A DNA stretch of 64,000 nt from Vampirovibrionaceae bacterium NZW_1234 (GTDB lineage Bacteria > Cyanobacteriota > Vampirovibrionia > Vampirovibrionales > JAGQHJ01): contig JBGUGD010000030.1 in the NCBI GenBank assembly GCA_041697335.1, positions 64,001 through 128,000 of the forward strand, given 5' to 3'. The translations under genes were made by a program, and so were the position numbers. Shown here piece by piece: positions 30,110 through 39,750 of the stretch (the stretch's first letter is position 1; each line of letters begins with the position of its first letter). A model generated the notes under the pieces. It was not told the DNA's origin and ran no database searches. It saw nothing but the letters and a program-made list of their open reading frames with translations.

Positions 30110-30922
30110 ATGAGCTCACTACCGAAAATCTCTATTGTAGTGCCTTCCTATAATCAAGGCGAGTTTCTGGAAGAGACTCTGCAAAGTATTTTCACCCAAA
30201 ATTACCCTAATATCGAGTTAATTATTATGGATGGTGGGTCAACGGACAATTCGGTGGAAATTATTCGGAAATATGAACATGCTATTGCGTCCTGGGTTTC
30301 CAAGCCTGACAAAGGGCAAACCGATGCTTTAATTCAGGGTTTTAAAATTGCAACTGGTGATATTCATTGTTGGTTGAATGCTGACGATCTGTGGGAACCC
30401 AATACACTGTTTGAAGTTGCAGAGTTCTTTCAAAAACATTCCAAGTATGACGCTGTCTTTGGCAATGCGCTTATGGTGGATAAACACAACCGGCTCATTT
30501 CAACTCGAATTGAGCATCCCTTTTGCAGGTTTATCAGCATCTACTTAGGGGCAAATATCCTAAGTCCTGCCATGTTCTGGCGTCCAGAAATTTATACCCG
30601 TGTTGGTGGTTTAAATCCAGATTATAAAATTAGCCTTGATACTGATCTCTGGCTTCGCTTTGCGAATGCGGGTGGGCGAATAGGCCATGTGAAATCAATT
30701 TGGGCTCGGTGTCGTGTACATAAAAATACGAAATCGAGTCGCCTTGGCAAAATGTCAAAAGAATGGGACGAAATTTGCGAGCGCAACCAGCATAAAAATA
30801 AACTCGTTCGATTTTTCTGTAAGGTAATTGCCAGAATTATGCGCGTCATTTGGAAAACACTTGTTGGGGGATATGGGAAAGGATATCGGTATCTCGATTA
30901 TGACTACCAGCTCGATGATTAA
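30110..30922 (+). CDS. Glycosyltransferase family 2
   Basis: SIVVPSYNQ, DGGSTD, WLNADD. Confidence 0.92.
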   Translation: MSSLPKISIVVPSYNQGEFLEETLQSIFTQNYPNIELIIMDGGSTDNSVEIIRKYEHAIASWVSKPDKGQTDALIQGFKIATGDIHCWLNADDLWEPNTLFEVAEFFQKHSKYDAVFGNALMVDKHNRLISTRIEHPFCRFISIYLGANILSPAMFWRPEIYTRVGGLNPDYKISLDTDLWLRFANAGGRIGHVKSIWARCRVHKNTKSSRLGKMSKEWDEICERNQHKNKLVRFFCKVIARIMRVIWKTLVGGYGKGYRYLDYDYQLDD

Positions 30923-32210
30923 TACCCCAAGAGCACAATTCTCCAGCCGCTCTATTACCTCTTTCTTTACCGCGGAGCGTCTTGTCTTTATTGTCGCCTT
31001 TTTACAAGGCGGTTACAATGTTTTGCTCTTTTTATTTTTACGACATCATGCTGACTCCATCCGAGGAAGCCTCCACATTTTGGTTGATATTATCCTATTG
31101 GCGTTGACGTTACTCCTGTATAAGCAGAAATACACGCGCTTTGATCTGCAATCACGATTTAGACAATGTCCCCTTGAGCTCAAAGTTCTATTTTTCTATA
31201 TTCTTTGGTCATTAATGACTTTTTTATGGAATAAAGGCGGGAATGTTTATATGGAGACTGGGGTTTCCGACAAGCTACGATTCTTTTTTATGGTAGTCGA
31301 AGTTGCAATTCAAACCATAACTGTTTTCCTTTTGATGTATTTGCTCGATATCAAAAATGCCGTTGTGAAATTTTTTCAAGGGTTGAGCTTGAGTGCGATT
31401 TCGATGTGCTTAACTATTTTGGTATTCCGTGATCAATTTGGGGATAGATTGGGCGATTTAGAACACCGAACGATTGCAGCCACAGAAGTCTCTACTTTGA
31501 CGGCTTATGTACTTTTGGTTACTGTGTGGTTGTTTATCCATGTGGGTAAAACATACAAGCAAAAACTATTTTATGGGTTTGCTATTTTATTAGAATTCTA
31601 CAGTTTGTTTTCCGGGCTGGGTAAAACAGCATTAATTTCGGGTTCTCTGTTTACCCTTATTTATATTCTCCTAACGAAGCGTATTTCTTTTAAAGCAAAG
31701 CTTTTTAGTTTTGCTGGTTTACTTGCTGTTTTTGGTGCAGTACAAGATCGTGTTTTTACGTACTTTACTCAGTACGCACTGGAGATGGAGAGAATTGGAG
31801 AGAGTGTGACGGGACTTTCTGGGCGCACAGAGTACTGGAAAGACATGCTAGAGCGCATACCTCACAACTTGCTCTGGGGTCATGGGCTTAATTTAGAGGT
31901 GGGCGGTCATAATGAAATTTTAGGTGTTTTATATTCATATGGCTTGATAGGACTGCTCTTAATGTTATGGATAACATGGATTTATGTTCAAAGGTGCTTA
32001 AATTTGAGTAGAAAATCCGTGGTCAATCTGTATTTTTGTATCAATGAAAACCAATTTTTCAGTATATTGCTACTAAGTGTCTTTTTTCTGATGGGGACAA
32101 CTTCCAATCTCATCATTTCGATTTTTTATATGCCATTGCCTTTATTTGTTTTGATGAGTTTTTTCTTGGCTCAAACACCTTTGAAAAGTGGACAAGAAGA
32201 AGTTACCTAG
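30915..32210 (+). CDS. Wzy polymerase / O-antigen ligase family membrane protein
   Basis: About 11-12 hydrophobic segments; late loop SGR..YW...GHG...HN....LYSYGLIG; located in a GT cluster; start uncertain. Confidence 0.75.
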   Translation: MINTPRAQFSSRSITSFFTAERLVFIVAFLQGGYNVLLFLFLRHHADSIRGSLHILVDIILLALTLLLYKQKYTRFDLQSRFRQCPLELKVLFFYILWSLMTFLWNKGGNVYMETGVSDKLRFFFMVVEVAIQTITVFLLMYLLDIKNAVVKFFQGLSLSAISMCLTILVFRDQFGDRLGDLEHRTIAATEVSTLTAYVLLVTVWLFIHVGKTYKQKLFYGFAILLEFYSLFSGLGKTALISGSLFTLIYILLTKRISFKAKLFSFAGLLAVFGAVQDRVFTYFTQYALEMERIGESVTGLSGRTEYWKDMLERIPHNLLWGHGLNLEVGGHNEILGVLYSYGLIGLLLMLWITWIYVQRCLNLSRKSVVNLYFCINENQFFSILLLSVFFLMGTTSNLIISIFYMPLPLFVLMSFFLAQTPLKSGQEEVT

Positions 32211-32235
32211 ATATTAACCGAGAGATTTTTTTTAA

Positions 32236-33210
32236 ATGTTGTCATCCACGTTGTTGTCTCAGGTACAGGTGCCTCAAACTCTTCCGCCTATCTTGATCAT
32301 TGCCTTTAATCGCCCTGATACCTTAGAGCAAGTTTTACGTTCACTTTCTGATCAATCATTATTGCCAGATAAGGTGATTGCTTATGTTGATGGGCCTCGG
32401 GGCCCATCTGATATTGAGAAGGTTCAACAATGTATAGACCTTCTAACAGGGTATCGCTTACCAGGCTCATTAGAACTTCATGTCCGGTCTCAAAATCATG
32501 GTATGAACCGAAATACTTTAGAGGCCATTTCAGAGGCTTTAACGAGTCATGAATCTGTGGTTGTCATTGAAGATGATATTCTGCCGAATCCGTTTTTTTA
32601 TGAACTGATGGTAAAGCTCTTAAGTGTTTATTCTGAAGAAAAAAACATTTTTTCTATTTCTGGTTATGCCCATTGGCGTGAATCCGATTTTTCAATTTGT
32701 TATGAGAAGGAGTTTAATCAGATTCAGGAGCAATTAAGCACGGATTTTATCTGTATTAACCGCCTTATTGCATGGGGTTGGGCCACTTGGGCTGATCGAT
32801 GGCAAAAAGCTATGTCAAATCAGATGACAAGCAAATTACCCTACTTCTCTTTATTATTTCGACCTTTATACCCTTATACCTATCAATTAAATTATTTTTT
32901 GATTTCTCAAATCATAAAACGCAAGCTCGTCTGGGATACCCCCTTGGCTCTGAATTGTCTCTTAAAAGGCTATATCCATCTCTGCCCACAATACTCGATG
33001 ATACGAAATATTGGCTTTGGTGAAGAAGCGACCCATACTAAAAGTAACACTTACTCTCTCATGAATCAGTCCTATCGTGCTGATTTTTGTCCTGAAAGTT
33101 TACCCGAATCGCTGCAGTGTCATCCAATCATGCTTAAGCCACTGAGCTTATTGGCTCTAGTGCGCTTGCTGATATATCGTATCAAAGAAAAATTAGCATA
33201 TTCTACATAG
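32236..33210 (+). CDS. Glycosyltransferase (GT-A fold, GT2-like)
   Basis: PILIIAFNRP, VDGPR, VIEDD, WGWATW, NIGF. Confidence 0.85.
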   Translation: MLSSTLLSQVQVPQTLPPILIIAFNRPDTLEQVLRSLSDQSLLPDKVIAYVDGPRGPSDIEKVQQCIDLLTGYRLPGSLELHVRSQNHGMNRNTLEAISEALTSHESVVVIEDDILPNPFFYELMVKLLSVYSEEKNIFSISGYAHWRESDFSICYEKEFNQIQEQLSTDFICINRLIAWGWATWADRWQKAMSNQMTSKLPYFSLLFRPLYPYTYQLNYFLISQIIKRKLVWDTPLALNCLLKGYIHLCPQYSMIRNIGFGEEATHTKSNTYSLMNQSYRADFCPESLPESLQCHPIMLKPLSLLALVRLLIYRIKEKLAYST

Positions 33211-33214
33211 TCCT

Positions 33215-34396
33215 ATGCGTGTTTTATTCGTTCATAATTATTATAAAAACCTTGGAGGGGGAGAAGATCGTGTTTTTGATTTGGAAGTTTCACTTTTGCA
33301 AGAGAGTGGGCTAGACGTTGATGTCTTTGTCACCCGAAATCATGGGGCCAAGAATGCCTTTGATCTGGTTAAAATTGGTTTTAATACCCTATTTTGCTAT
33401 CAGGCTTATTCTGACATGCTAGAGCGTATTCGCCTTTTTAAGCCAGACGTGATTCACGTTCATAACCTCTTCCCTCAGCTTTCACCGGCAGTGCTGTATG
33501 CTGCAAAAAAATGTCGAGTTCCTGTTGTGATGACGTTGCATAATTATCGCTTATCCTGTGCCAACGCGGTCATGTTGCGTGAAAATACATTTTGCAACCA
33601 ATGCAATTCTGAAGCATTTCCCTTAAGTGCCATCAAGTATGGGTGTTATATGGGTTCTCCTGTTGCCACTGTTCCTGTGGCTGGCATGATTGCGTTGCAT
33701 CGGTACTTAAAGACCTGGCAGAAGTGTGTGGCCCGATTTGTTATGGTCTCTGACGCTCAGAAACAACTTTTACTCGAGGCCAATCTGGGTTTGGATCCAC
33801 AGAAGATAACCGTTAAGCCGAACTTTGTTTTCGATACTGAGGAGTTATCCTATTCCAAGGACAATTATTTTCTTTTTGTGGGTAATCTGGCTCAACATAA
33901 AGGCGTGCCGCTCTTACTTGAGGTCTTTCAAAACGTTCAGTACCCCTTGAAGCTTATTGGCCTTGGAGAGCTCCAGCCCTTGGTAGAGCAGGCCGCCACA
34001 GAGAACCCCCATATCGAGTATTTGGGTTATCAGTCACCTGAAATCGTCAGAGCCTTCATGGCAAAAGCCAAAGCCATCGTCTTGCCTTCGCTGTGTTATG
34101 AAACATTTGGTATGGTTATTATTGAAGCCTTTTCCGTCGCAACGCCTGCTGTTGTTTCAAATATTGGAGGGCCGGGGTGTATTGTTCAAGAGGGCAACAA
34201 TGGTCTTCTCGTAGAGCCGGGCAATGCCGATGATCTAAAAGCCAAACTCACACAACTTTGGAACGATCAAGACCTTCATCAGACCCTCTCTCGAAATGCC
34301 CGACTCAGCTATGAGAGGCAGTATTCACCCCAGGAAAATCGTGATCAGTTAATGCGGATCTATCATGAGGTCATATCAGGCTCAAGCTCTACCTGA
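33215..34396 (+). CDS. Glycosyltransferase family 4
   Basis: VHNYY...GGED, HVHN, TLHNYR, HKG, PS..YETFG..IIEA. Confidence 0.92.
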   Translation: MRVLFVHNYYKNLGGGEDRVFDLEVSLLQESGLDVDVFVTRNHGAKNAFDLVKIGFNTLFCYQAYSDMLERIRLFKPDVIHVHNLFPQLSPAVLYAAKKCRVPVVMTLHNYRLSCANAVMLRENTFCNQCNSEAFPLSAIKYGCYMGSPVATVPVAGMIALHRYLKTWQKCVARFVMVSDAQKQLLLEANLGLDPQKITVKPNFVFDTEELSYSKDNYFLFVGNLAQHKGVPLLLEVFQNVQYPLKLIGLGELQPLVEQAATENPHIEYLGYQSPEIVRAFMAKAKAIVLPSLCYETFGMVIIEAFSVATPAVVSNIGGPGCIVQEGNNGLLVEPGNADDLKAKLTQLWNDQDLHQTLSRNARLSYERQYSPQENRDQLMRIYHEVISGSSST

Positions 34397-34504
34397 GGAG
34401 CCATAACCCTGATGCTTGGATTCTCCATTGCCTAGAGGATGAGAATTGGCAGACCCTATGGTTCAATAACTGTAAAATAGGCAACGACTGGACAGCCTTT
34501 CCCG

Positions 34505-36643
34505 ATGAAAACGCACGAAACCTATATTATTGAGCACGCCAATGACGATGTTTTTAAAATTGATATTGGCCTTATTTTTCATTTAGTGAAACGCTATCTC
34601 CCCCATAGTATTAGTATCGGGGTTGTTTGTGTGCTATTGGTAGGACTTTCCCTGCATTTCTATCAGGAAAAATATACCTCTGATGCCACGTTGATGCTGA
34701 GTTTGCGAGAAATCCCTGGGGTTATTAAAGAAAACCAATCTCGTGGTCCATTGGGAGAAGGGACTGGTGGTATTCTTCTTGATCCCTTTAAAATTCAGGA
34801 GGAATTATTACGTAACCGTGTGTTTCTTTCTCGGGTTTATAAGAACCTCCAGGCAACCAAGCAAATACCTGAGCTTAACTCCCCTGGTACACTTGCCAAA
34901 GCAATTTCCACAAAACACCCTCCTGGGACCGAGTTTTTGAAAATCAGTGTCACGTGGCCCAACCCGGTTGAATCCCAGCAGATTGCCAATGTGTTGGTGA
35001 AAACGTTTCAAGAGTATACTGAGGAGATTGAGTTGGCTCCTCTAAGAGCCAGAGAGCGCAATCTCAATAAACAACTTCTTGCGGCCTCAAGTAGTTTAAG
35101 TGATATTGAGCACAAAATTGAGAATTACCAGGAAACCCATAATCTGGTTAACTTGGACCAGGAAGGGAGCCAATTACTGAACCGGTATGGATTGTTGCTC
35201 AAGGATTATGAAGAAAAAGAAGCTCAGTATGCCGGTATTACTCAGCAAATTGCCCAAATTCATCGGCAATTGAATATGGATACGGACTCTGCGATTCGCT
35301 CAGCCTCTGTAGGACAAAGCCAGATTTATCCGAAATTAATTTCCGAGCTGGCTGAGTATGAGAAAGAATATAATACCAAGGCCTTAATTTACACGCCTGC
35401 CAGTCAGCAGCTCAAACTCCTTCAAGAGCAGATTGCCGTTTTAAAAAAGCAAATTGACAGTTACGAGGTTCTTACTGTGGGGCGGAAGCTGGATAAAGGC
35501 AAAACCTTGATCTTGGATACCATTCGCTCCAGAGCCGTTGAACGTTTGACGGAGCTTGAATCTCAAAAGAAAGCCATTGAGTCTACCCAGGCTGTGTTAA
35601 AGGGGCAAATTGAGCAAATCAGACTTGGCATGAATCAATTGCCGGAAAAGCAACTGGCGTATGCGCAGTTAATCATGCAGCAAAAACATTGGACCAATGT
35701 GGTGGAGCGATTAAAGGATAATATTGCCGAAGTTCAGTTGCAACAATATTATCAGCGGCTTTTTGTTCTAACGCCGCCAAGCCTGCCCAAATCGGCGTCA
35801 TTTCCCAATAAGCTTCATTTTCTGTTGATGGCCTTTGTCGCAGGTCTTGCCTTGCCCACCGCCGGCTTGGTTGGGACGCAATATTTGCGCCTGGTGGGTG
35901 TGGTGAAACCCTTTATGGTGGAAGAGGATTTTCAATTACCGGTACTGGCTGTGCTGCCTTGGTTGAAAAAGCATCCCTCGAATCAAGCCCAGGACATTTT
36001 AACCGGGTCATATCAGTCGTTGGCCTTGAATGTCAAAACCATGGCCTCTCATGCCAATAAAAAAGTCTTCTCCCTGGCGACCGGATTCTCAGACGGCCGT
36101 CAGCGCTCCCAAGTACTTGTCAATCTGGCCATTGGGTTGGCTCAAGCGGGTGACAAGGTGTTGCTGCTGGATGCCAATTTACGCAGCCCTGCCATGCTTT
36201 ACACCTTGGGTGAATCTGCCGACCACGGTCCTGGGTTATCGACCATTGTGCATGAACTGCAACAGATGAGTGACCAGGTGGCAGCGATGCCTCCTGCCAT
36301 GTTTAAAGCGTGGATAACGCCCTATGTCCGAGCCACTCGGGTTCATCCCAATGTTTCTTATATCCCCACAGACACGACTGTGGAGCAGGTATTTGAATTA
36401 TTTAACGCCAAGGGCTTCGATCAGTTTGTATCACACATTAAAGAGCATTACGATTGGGTTTTATTTGACGCCCCATCCATTCTAAACAGTGCCGAATCTT
36501 GTGCCTTGCTGCGCAAGGTGGATGGGTTGATTCTTCTCTTGGAGCGTTTGACCTCGACCCAACACTTGAAAGAGATTGTTCAGAAAGTGCAAAAAGTAGA
36601 TGGCACCATTGATGGTGTTGTGATGCGGGAGCCCGAGTTTTAA
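34505..36643 (+). CDS. Wzc/GumC-type polysaccharide co-polymerase with degenerate BY-kinase domain
   Basis: TM, long coiled coil, Pro-rich motif plus TM, then a CapB-like domain (VLLLDANLR, VLFDAP). Confidence 0.85.
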   Translation: MKTHETYIIEHANDDVFKIDIGLIFHLVKRYLPHSISIGVVCVLLVGLSLHFYQEKYTSDATLMLSLREIPGVIKENQSRGPLGEGTGGILLDPFKIQEELLRNRVFLSRVYKNLQATKQIPELNSPGTLAKAISTKHPPGTEFLKISVTWPNPVESQQIANVLVKTFQEYTEEIELAPLRARERNLNKQLLAASSSLSDIEHKIENYQETHNLVNLDQEGSQLLNRYGLLLKDYEEKEAQYAGITQQIAQIHRQLNMDTDSAIRSASVGQSQIYPKLISELAEYEKEYNTKALIYTPASQQLKLLQEQIAVLKKQIDSYEVLTVGRKLDKGKTLILDTIRSRAVERLTELESQKKAIESTQAVLKGQIEQIRLGMNQLPEKQLAYAQLIMQQKHWTNVVERLKDNIAEVQLQQYYQRLFVLTPPSLPKSASFPNKLHFLLMAFVAGLALPTAGLVGTQYLRLVGVVKPFMVEEDFQLPVLAVLPWLKKHPSNQAQDILTGSYQSLALNVKTMASHANKKVFSLATGFSDGRQRSQVLVNLAIGLAQAGDKVLLLDANLRSPAMLYTLGESADHGPGLSTIVHELQQMSDQVAAMPPAMFKAWITPYVRATRVHPNVSYIPTDTTVEQVFELFNAKGFDQFVSHIKEHYDWVLFDAPSILNSAESCALLRKVDGLILLLERLTSTQHLKEIVQKVQKVDGTIDGVVMREPEF

Positions 36644-36661
36644 AGCAGCTTTACCGTCAGT

Positions 36662-38461
36662 TTAGGCGCTGTTTCGGATAGTCATCACGCTGGAAAACCC
36701 CGAAAAGTTCAGCGTGCTGATGGCCGATTGTTGGGACTGAAATTGGGTCATCAATTTTTCCAGTTGTTTAAACTCGTTTCGATAGCGTTTTTCTTTGGCA
36801 TCAAGCAGGGTTTGTTGGCGAGCGATAGCTTGATCCAGGGATTTGATCTGGGCATTGGCCGAGGCGCTTCGACTGGAAAATAGGCCAAACTCCGGATTCA
36901 GTGCGTTTGTCAGGGTGTCCAGGGCGGTGTAGAGTAACCCTTTCTGGCTCCCATTGCCAATCAACAGGGTTTTCACTTCATCCGGATTGGTGGTTAATGC
37001 TTGATTCAGTTGAGGGGTATTGAGGGAAAAGGTTTTGGAAACTTGAGTGCTACCCGGGCTTGCGGCTCCTGTGGAAAAGCCGATACTGGCCAGGGTTTTG
37101 ACACTGGTAAGATTCAGGTTGCTGCTGGCTGCCGAGGTGAATTGGGAAAACAGGGTATTTCGTAAATTCACAAGGCCGCTTTCACCGGCCAGGGCGCCGC
37201 CTTTGGCGGTTTGCAGATCAATGGTGGCGATGAGGTCATTCAGGTCATTGGCGACGGTTTGTAAGGCCTCGCTGAGTCTGCTGGTATTCTGGGCGATGGT
37301 AATGGTGGTGCCATTGCTGACCTTGTTCAGGTTTAAGGTCACGCCGCTGAGGCCTGTAATATCTTCCCCCAAGTTGTTTGAGGCGCTTTGCAAGGTGGTG
37401 CCCCCATTGATGCTGACACGGGCATTTTGGCCCAAGGTTTGGGAACTCAAACTGTCATTGCCGTTGACCAGCCCCAGGGACTGCAGGACGTTGGTGCCAT
37501 TGTCGTCGAAAAAAATGGCGAGGTTGCCGGTGGTTTTGGAGGTGGCGGTGAGTTTATTGGTGTTGGGGTCGAAGGCCAGTTGAACGCCACTGGCGGCGTT
37601 GCTGTTGACGGCCTCAATAAAGCCCTTGAGCGTGGTGGTGTTGGTGACGGTTATGTTGGCCTGGCCAATGGTAAGGGTTCCCGCTTGAATGGCATTGGCC
37701 CTTAAATTGGCGCCATTGCCCACAAGCGTGCCGTTCAGGTTCAGGGTGGTCAATTGCCCCGCACCGGTAAAGTCGGTGTTGGTTTGGCTGCCGGTGGTGA
37801 GTTTGGTCAGGGTGGCAAAATTGGACGTATCGGTTCCGGCACCAAATTTGAGTCTGGTGCCGTCGGCCACCGTGAATTCGATTTGACCGTCACTGTTGAC
37901 ACTCCCCGAGGCTGCTTGTCCGGAGATGCTGGCGATGGACTGGGAAACCCGATCCAGGACATTTTGGATGCTGTCGCTGTTATTGACGGTGATTTTTGCG
38001 GCTTGATTATTGACAAAAATGCTGAATTCCCCTGCTTTTACGGTTCCCTGGGCAATACTCAAAATGCTGTCATTGCCGGTCGCGACCTTCCCAATGGGAT
38101 TGAGGCTGGTGGCCTTGGTGGCTATGGCCAGTGCTTGAACATCAAGGCTCAGGCTGCCCGGATTGGCTTGATTGGTGACGGTAGCCGTGACACTGGTGGT
38201 ATCGGAGCTGGTTGCTGTCTTGGCGGAGAACAGATCGAAACTGGTCCCGAGGTTGGCTGAAGTCAGGGTGGAAAGGCTGTTTTTGAGCTTTGAAAACTTG
38301 TTGGCAATAGCACTGAACTGGGTCTGCTGGGTTGATACGGTGGCTTTCTGCCGGACCAGCGTATTGAGTGGGCGTTGATCGATTTTGAGCAACGCATTGA
38401 CGATGTCGTTGACCGGAAGTCCGGAAGAAATGCCACCAAACTGGATACTCATGGTGCCCAC
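36662..38461 (-). CDS. fliD: Flagellar filament cap protein FliD
   Basis: GISSGL...IVNAL N-terminus, V..LA, GQNA...ING...SASN...GVTLNL, C-terminal F.QLE...QSQ coiled coil. Confidence 0.9.
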   Translation of the reverse strand: MGTMSIQFGGISSGLPVNDIVNALLKIDQRPLNTLVRQKATVSTQQTQFSAIANKFSKLKNSLSTLTSANLGTSFDLFSAKTATSSDTTSVTATVTNQANPGSLSLDVQALAIATKATSLNPIGKVATGNDSILSIAQGTVKAGEFSIFVNNQAAKITVNNSDSIQNVLDRVSQSIASISGQAASGSVNSDGQIEFTVADGTRLKFGAGTDTSNFATLTKLTTGSQTNTDFTGAGQLTTLNLNGTLVGNGANLRANAIQAGTLTIGQANITVTNTTTLKGFIEAVNSNAASGVQLAFDPNTNKLTATSKTTGNLAIFFDDNGTNVLQSLGLVNGNDSLSSQTLGQNARVSINGGTTLQSASNNLGEDITGLSGVTLNLNKVSNGTTITIAQNTSRLSEALQTVANDLNDLIATIDLQTAKGGALAGESGLVNLRNTLFSQFTSAASSNLNLTSVKTLASIGFSTGAASPGSTQVSKTFSLNTPQLNQALTTNPDEVKTLLIGNGSQKGLLYTALDTLTNALNPEFGLFSSRSASANAQIKSLDQAIARQQTLLDAKEKRYRNEFKQLEKLMTQFQSQQSAISTLNFSGFSSVMTIRNSA

Positions 38462-38670
38462 TTTATACGCTGCGTAATACCCTGGAGACCCTAAAAGCGC
38501 ACTTTCTATTGAGGTATTATTCCCAGCCTCGTGCCCGGGCTAACGCTGTTTGGCCGATGTTGCAATGAAACGTTACAGTTTCAAAAGCCTATCCGTGTGT
38601 CTTATCCGAGGGCCAGGTCAGATGTCCTGGTTTTGACACTTGGGCAGGAACCCGTTAAGCTCAAAGGACG

Positions 38671-39609
38671 ATGAAGCATTCTCATTCCCATTCGCATTCT
38701 TCTGCACCGCACGCCCATCATCATTGTGGCGGCCCTCATGAGGGTGCCAGCAACATTTCCCGGTTGCTAATCGTGCTGATTATCACCACAGTCTATATGC
38801 TGGTCGAGTTCATTGGTGGCTTGTGGTCCAACAGTTTGGCTCTGCTCGCCGATGCCGGGCACATGCTGACCGATGTGGGGGCCATCGGCTTGGCCTTGTT
38901 TGCTGCCTGGTTTGCCGAACATCCGCCGTCGCCTCAAAAAACCTATGGCTATTATCGCCTGGAGATTCTGGCCGCCTTTTTGAACGGGGTACTTCTGGCC
39001 TTGATTTCCCTGTACATCTTTTACGAGGCCTTTCACCGCATGCATCATCCCGCGGTGGTTGAGGGAAATATGTTGACCTGGGTGGCCGTTGGGGGCTTGG
39101 TGGCCAATTTAAGCTCGGCTGCGGTACTTATTGGGGCTGGGAAATCCAATTTGAATGTGCGGGCGGCCTTGATGCATGTGATCTCGGACTCGTTGGGTTC
39201 GGTGGGTGCCATATTGGCCGGGATTGCCATTACGGTGTTTCACTTTGTTCAGGCCGATCCGATTATCAGTATTGTGATTGCGGTGATGGTGCTGATTAAC
39301 GCCTGGAAGCTGATTCAAGAGGCGGTTAATATTCTTCTGGAAGCCAGCCCGGCCCACCTCAGCGTTGCTGACATCCGAACGGCTTTGCATGAGCTTCATG
39401 AAGTGGCCGCCGTTCATGACTTGCATGTGTGGACCATTACCTCGGGCAAAGATGCCTTGAGCGTTCATGTGGTGGTGTCCGATCCGGTCCACTTTACGCC
39501 GGACCTGGTGAGTAAAGTCCGCCAGCTGCTGAAAGAGAAGTTTGGGATTACCCACTTAACCGTGCAACTGGAGCCACCGGACTTTGAAGAGGATGAGATC
39601 CACTTCTAG
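38671..39609 (+). CDS. Cation diffusion facilitator (CzcD/ZitB-like) transporter
   Basis: His-rich N-terminus, SLALLADAGHMLTD, TYGYYRLEILAA, HVISD, HDLHVW, H.TVQLE. Confidence 0.93.
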   Translation: MKHSHSHSHSSAPHAHHHCGGPHEGASNISRLLIVLIITTVYMLVEFIGGLWSNSLALLADAGHMLTDVGAIGLALFAAWFAEHPPSPQKTYGYYRLEILAAFLNGVLLALISLYIFYEAFHRMHHPAVVEGNMLTWVAVGGLVANLSSAAVLIGAGKSNLNVRAALMHVISDSLGSVGAILAGIAITVFHFVQADPIISIVIAVMVLINAWKLIQEAVNILLEASPAHLSVADIRTALHELHEVAAVHDLHVWTITSGKDALSVHVVVSDPVHFTPDLVSKVRQLLKEKFGITHLTVQLEPPDFEEDEIHF

Positions 39610-39750
39610 CAGGCGATAGCTTCTTTTCTTGTAGGCCGATGCGGTTGAAGCACGCGTTACGAAATTCAACAAAGTCTAGGCAAGCGGGTGTGTTTGCGGT
39701 TAAATGCAATCCGCTTACTACATGGGTTGGACACATATTGGGGAGGGTTT

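Noticed and set aside
28577..36660. Integrative element at tRNA-Val
   Set aside because: No integrase and no repeat of the tRNA 3' end seen.
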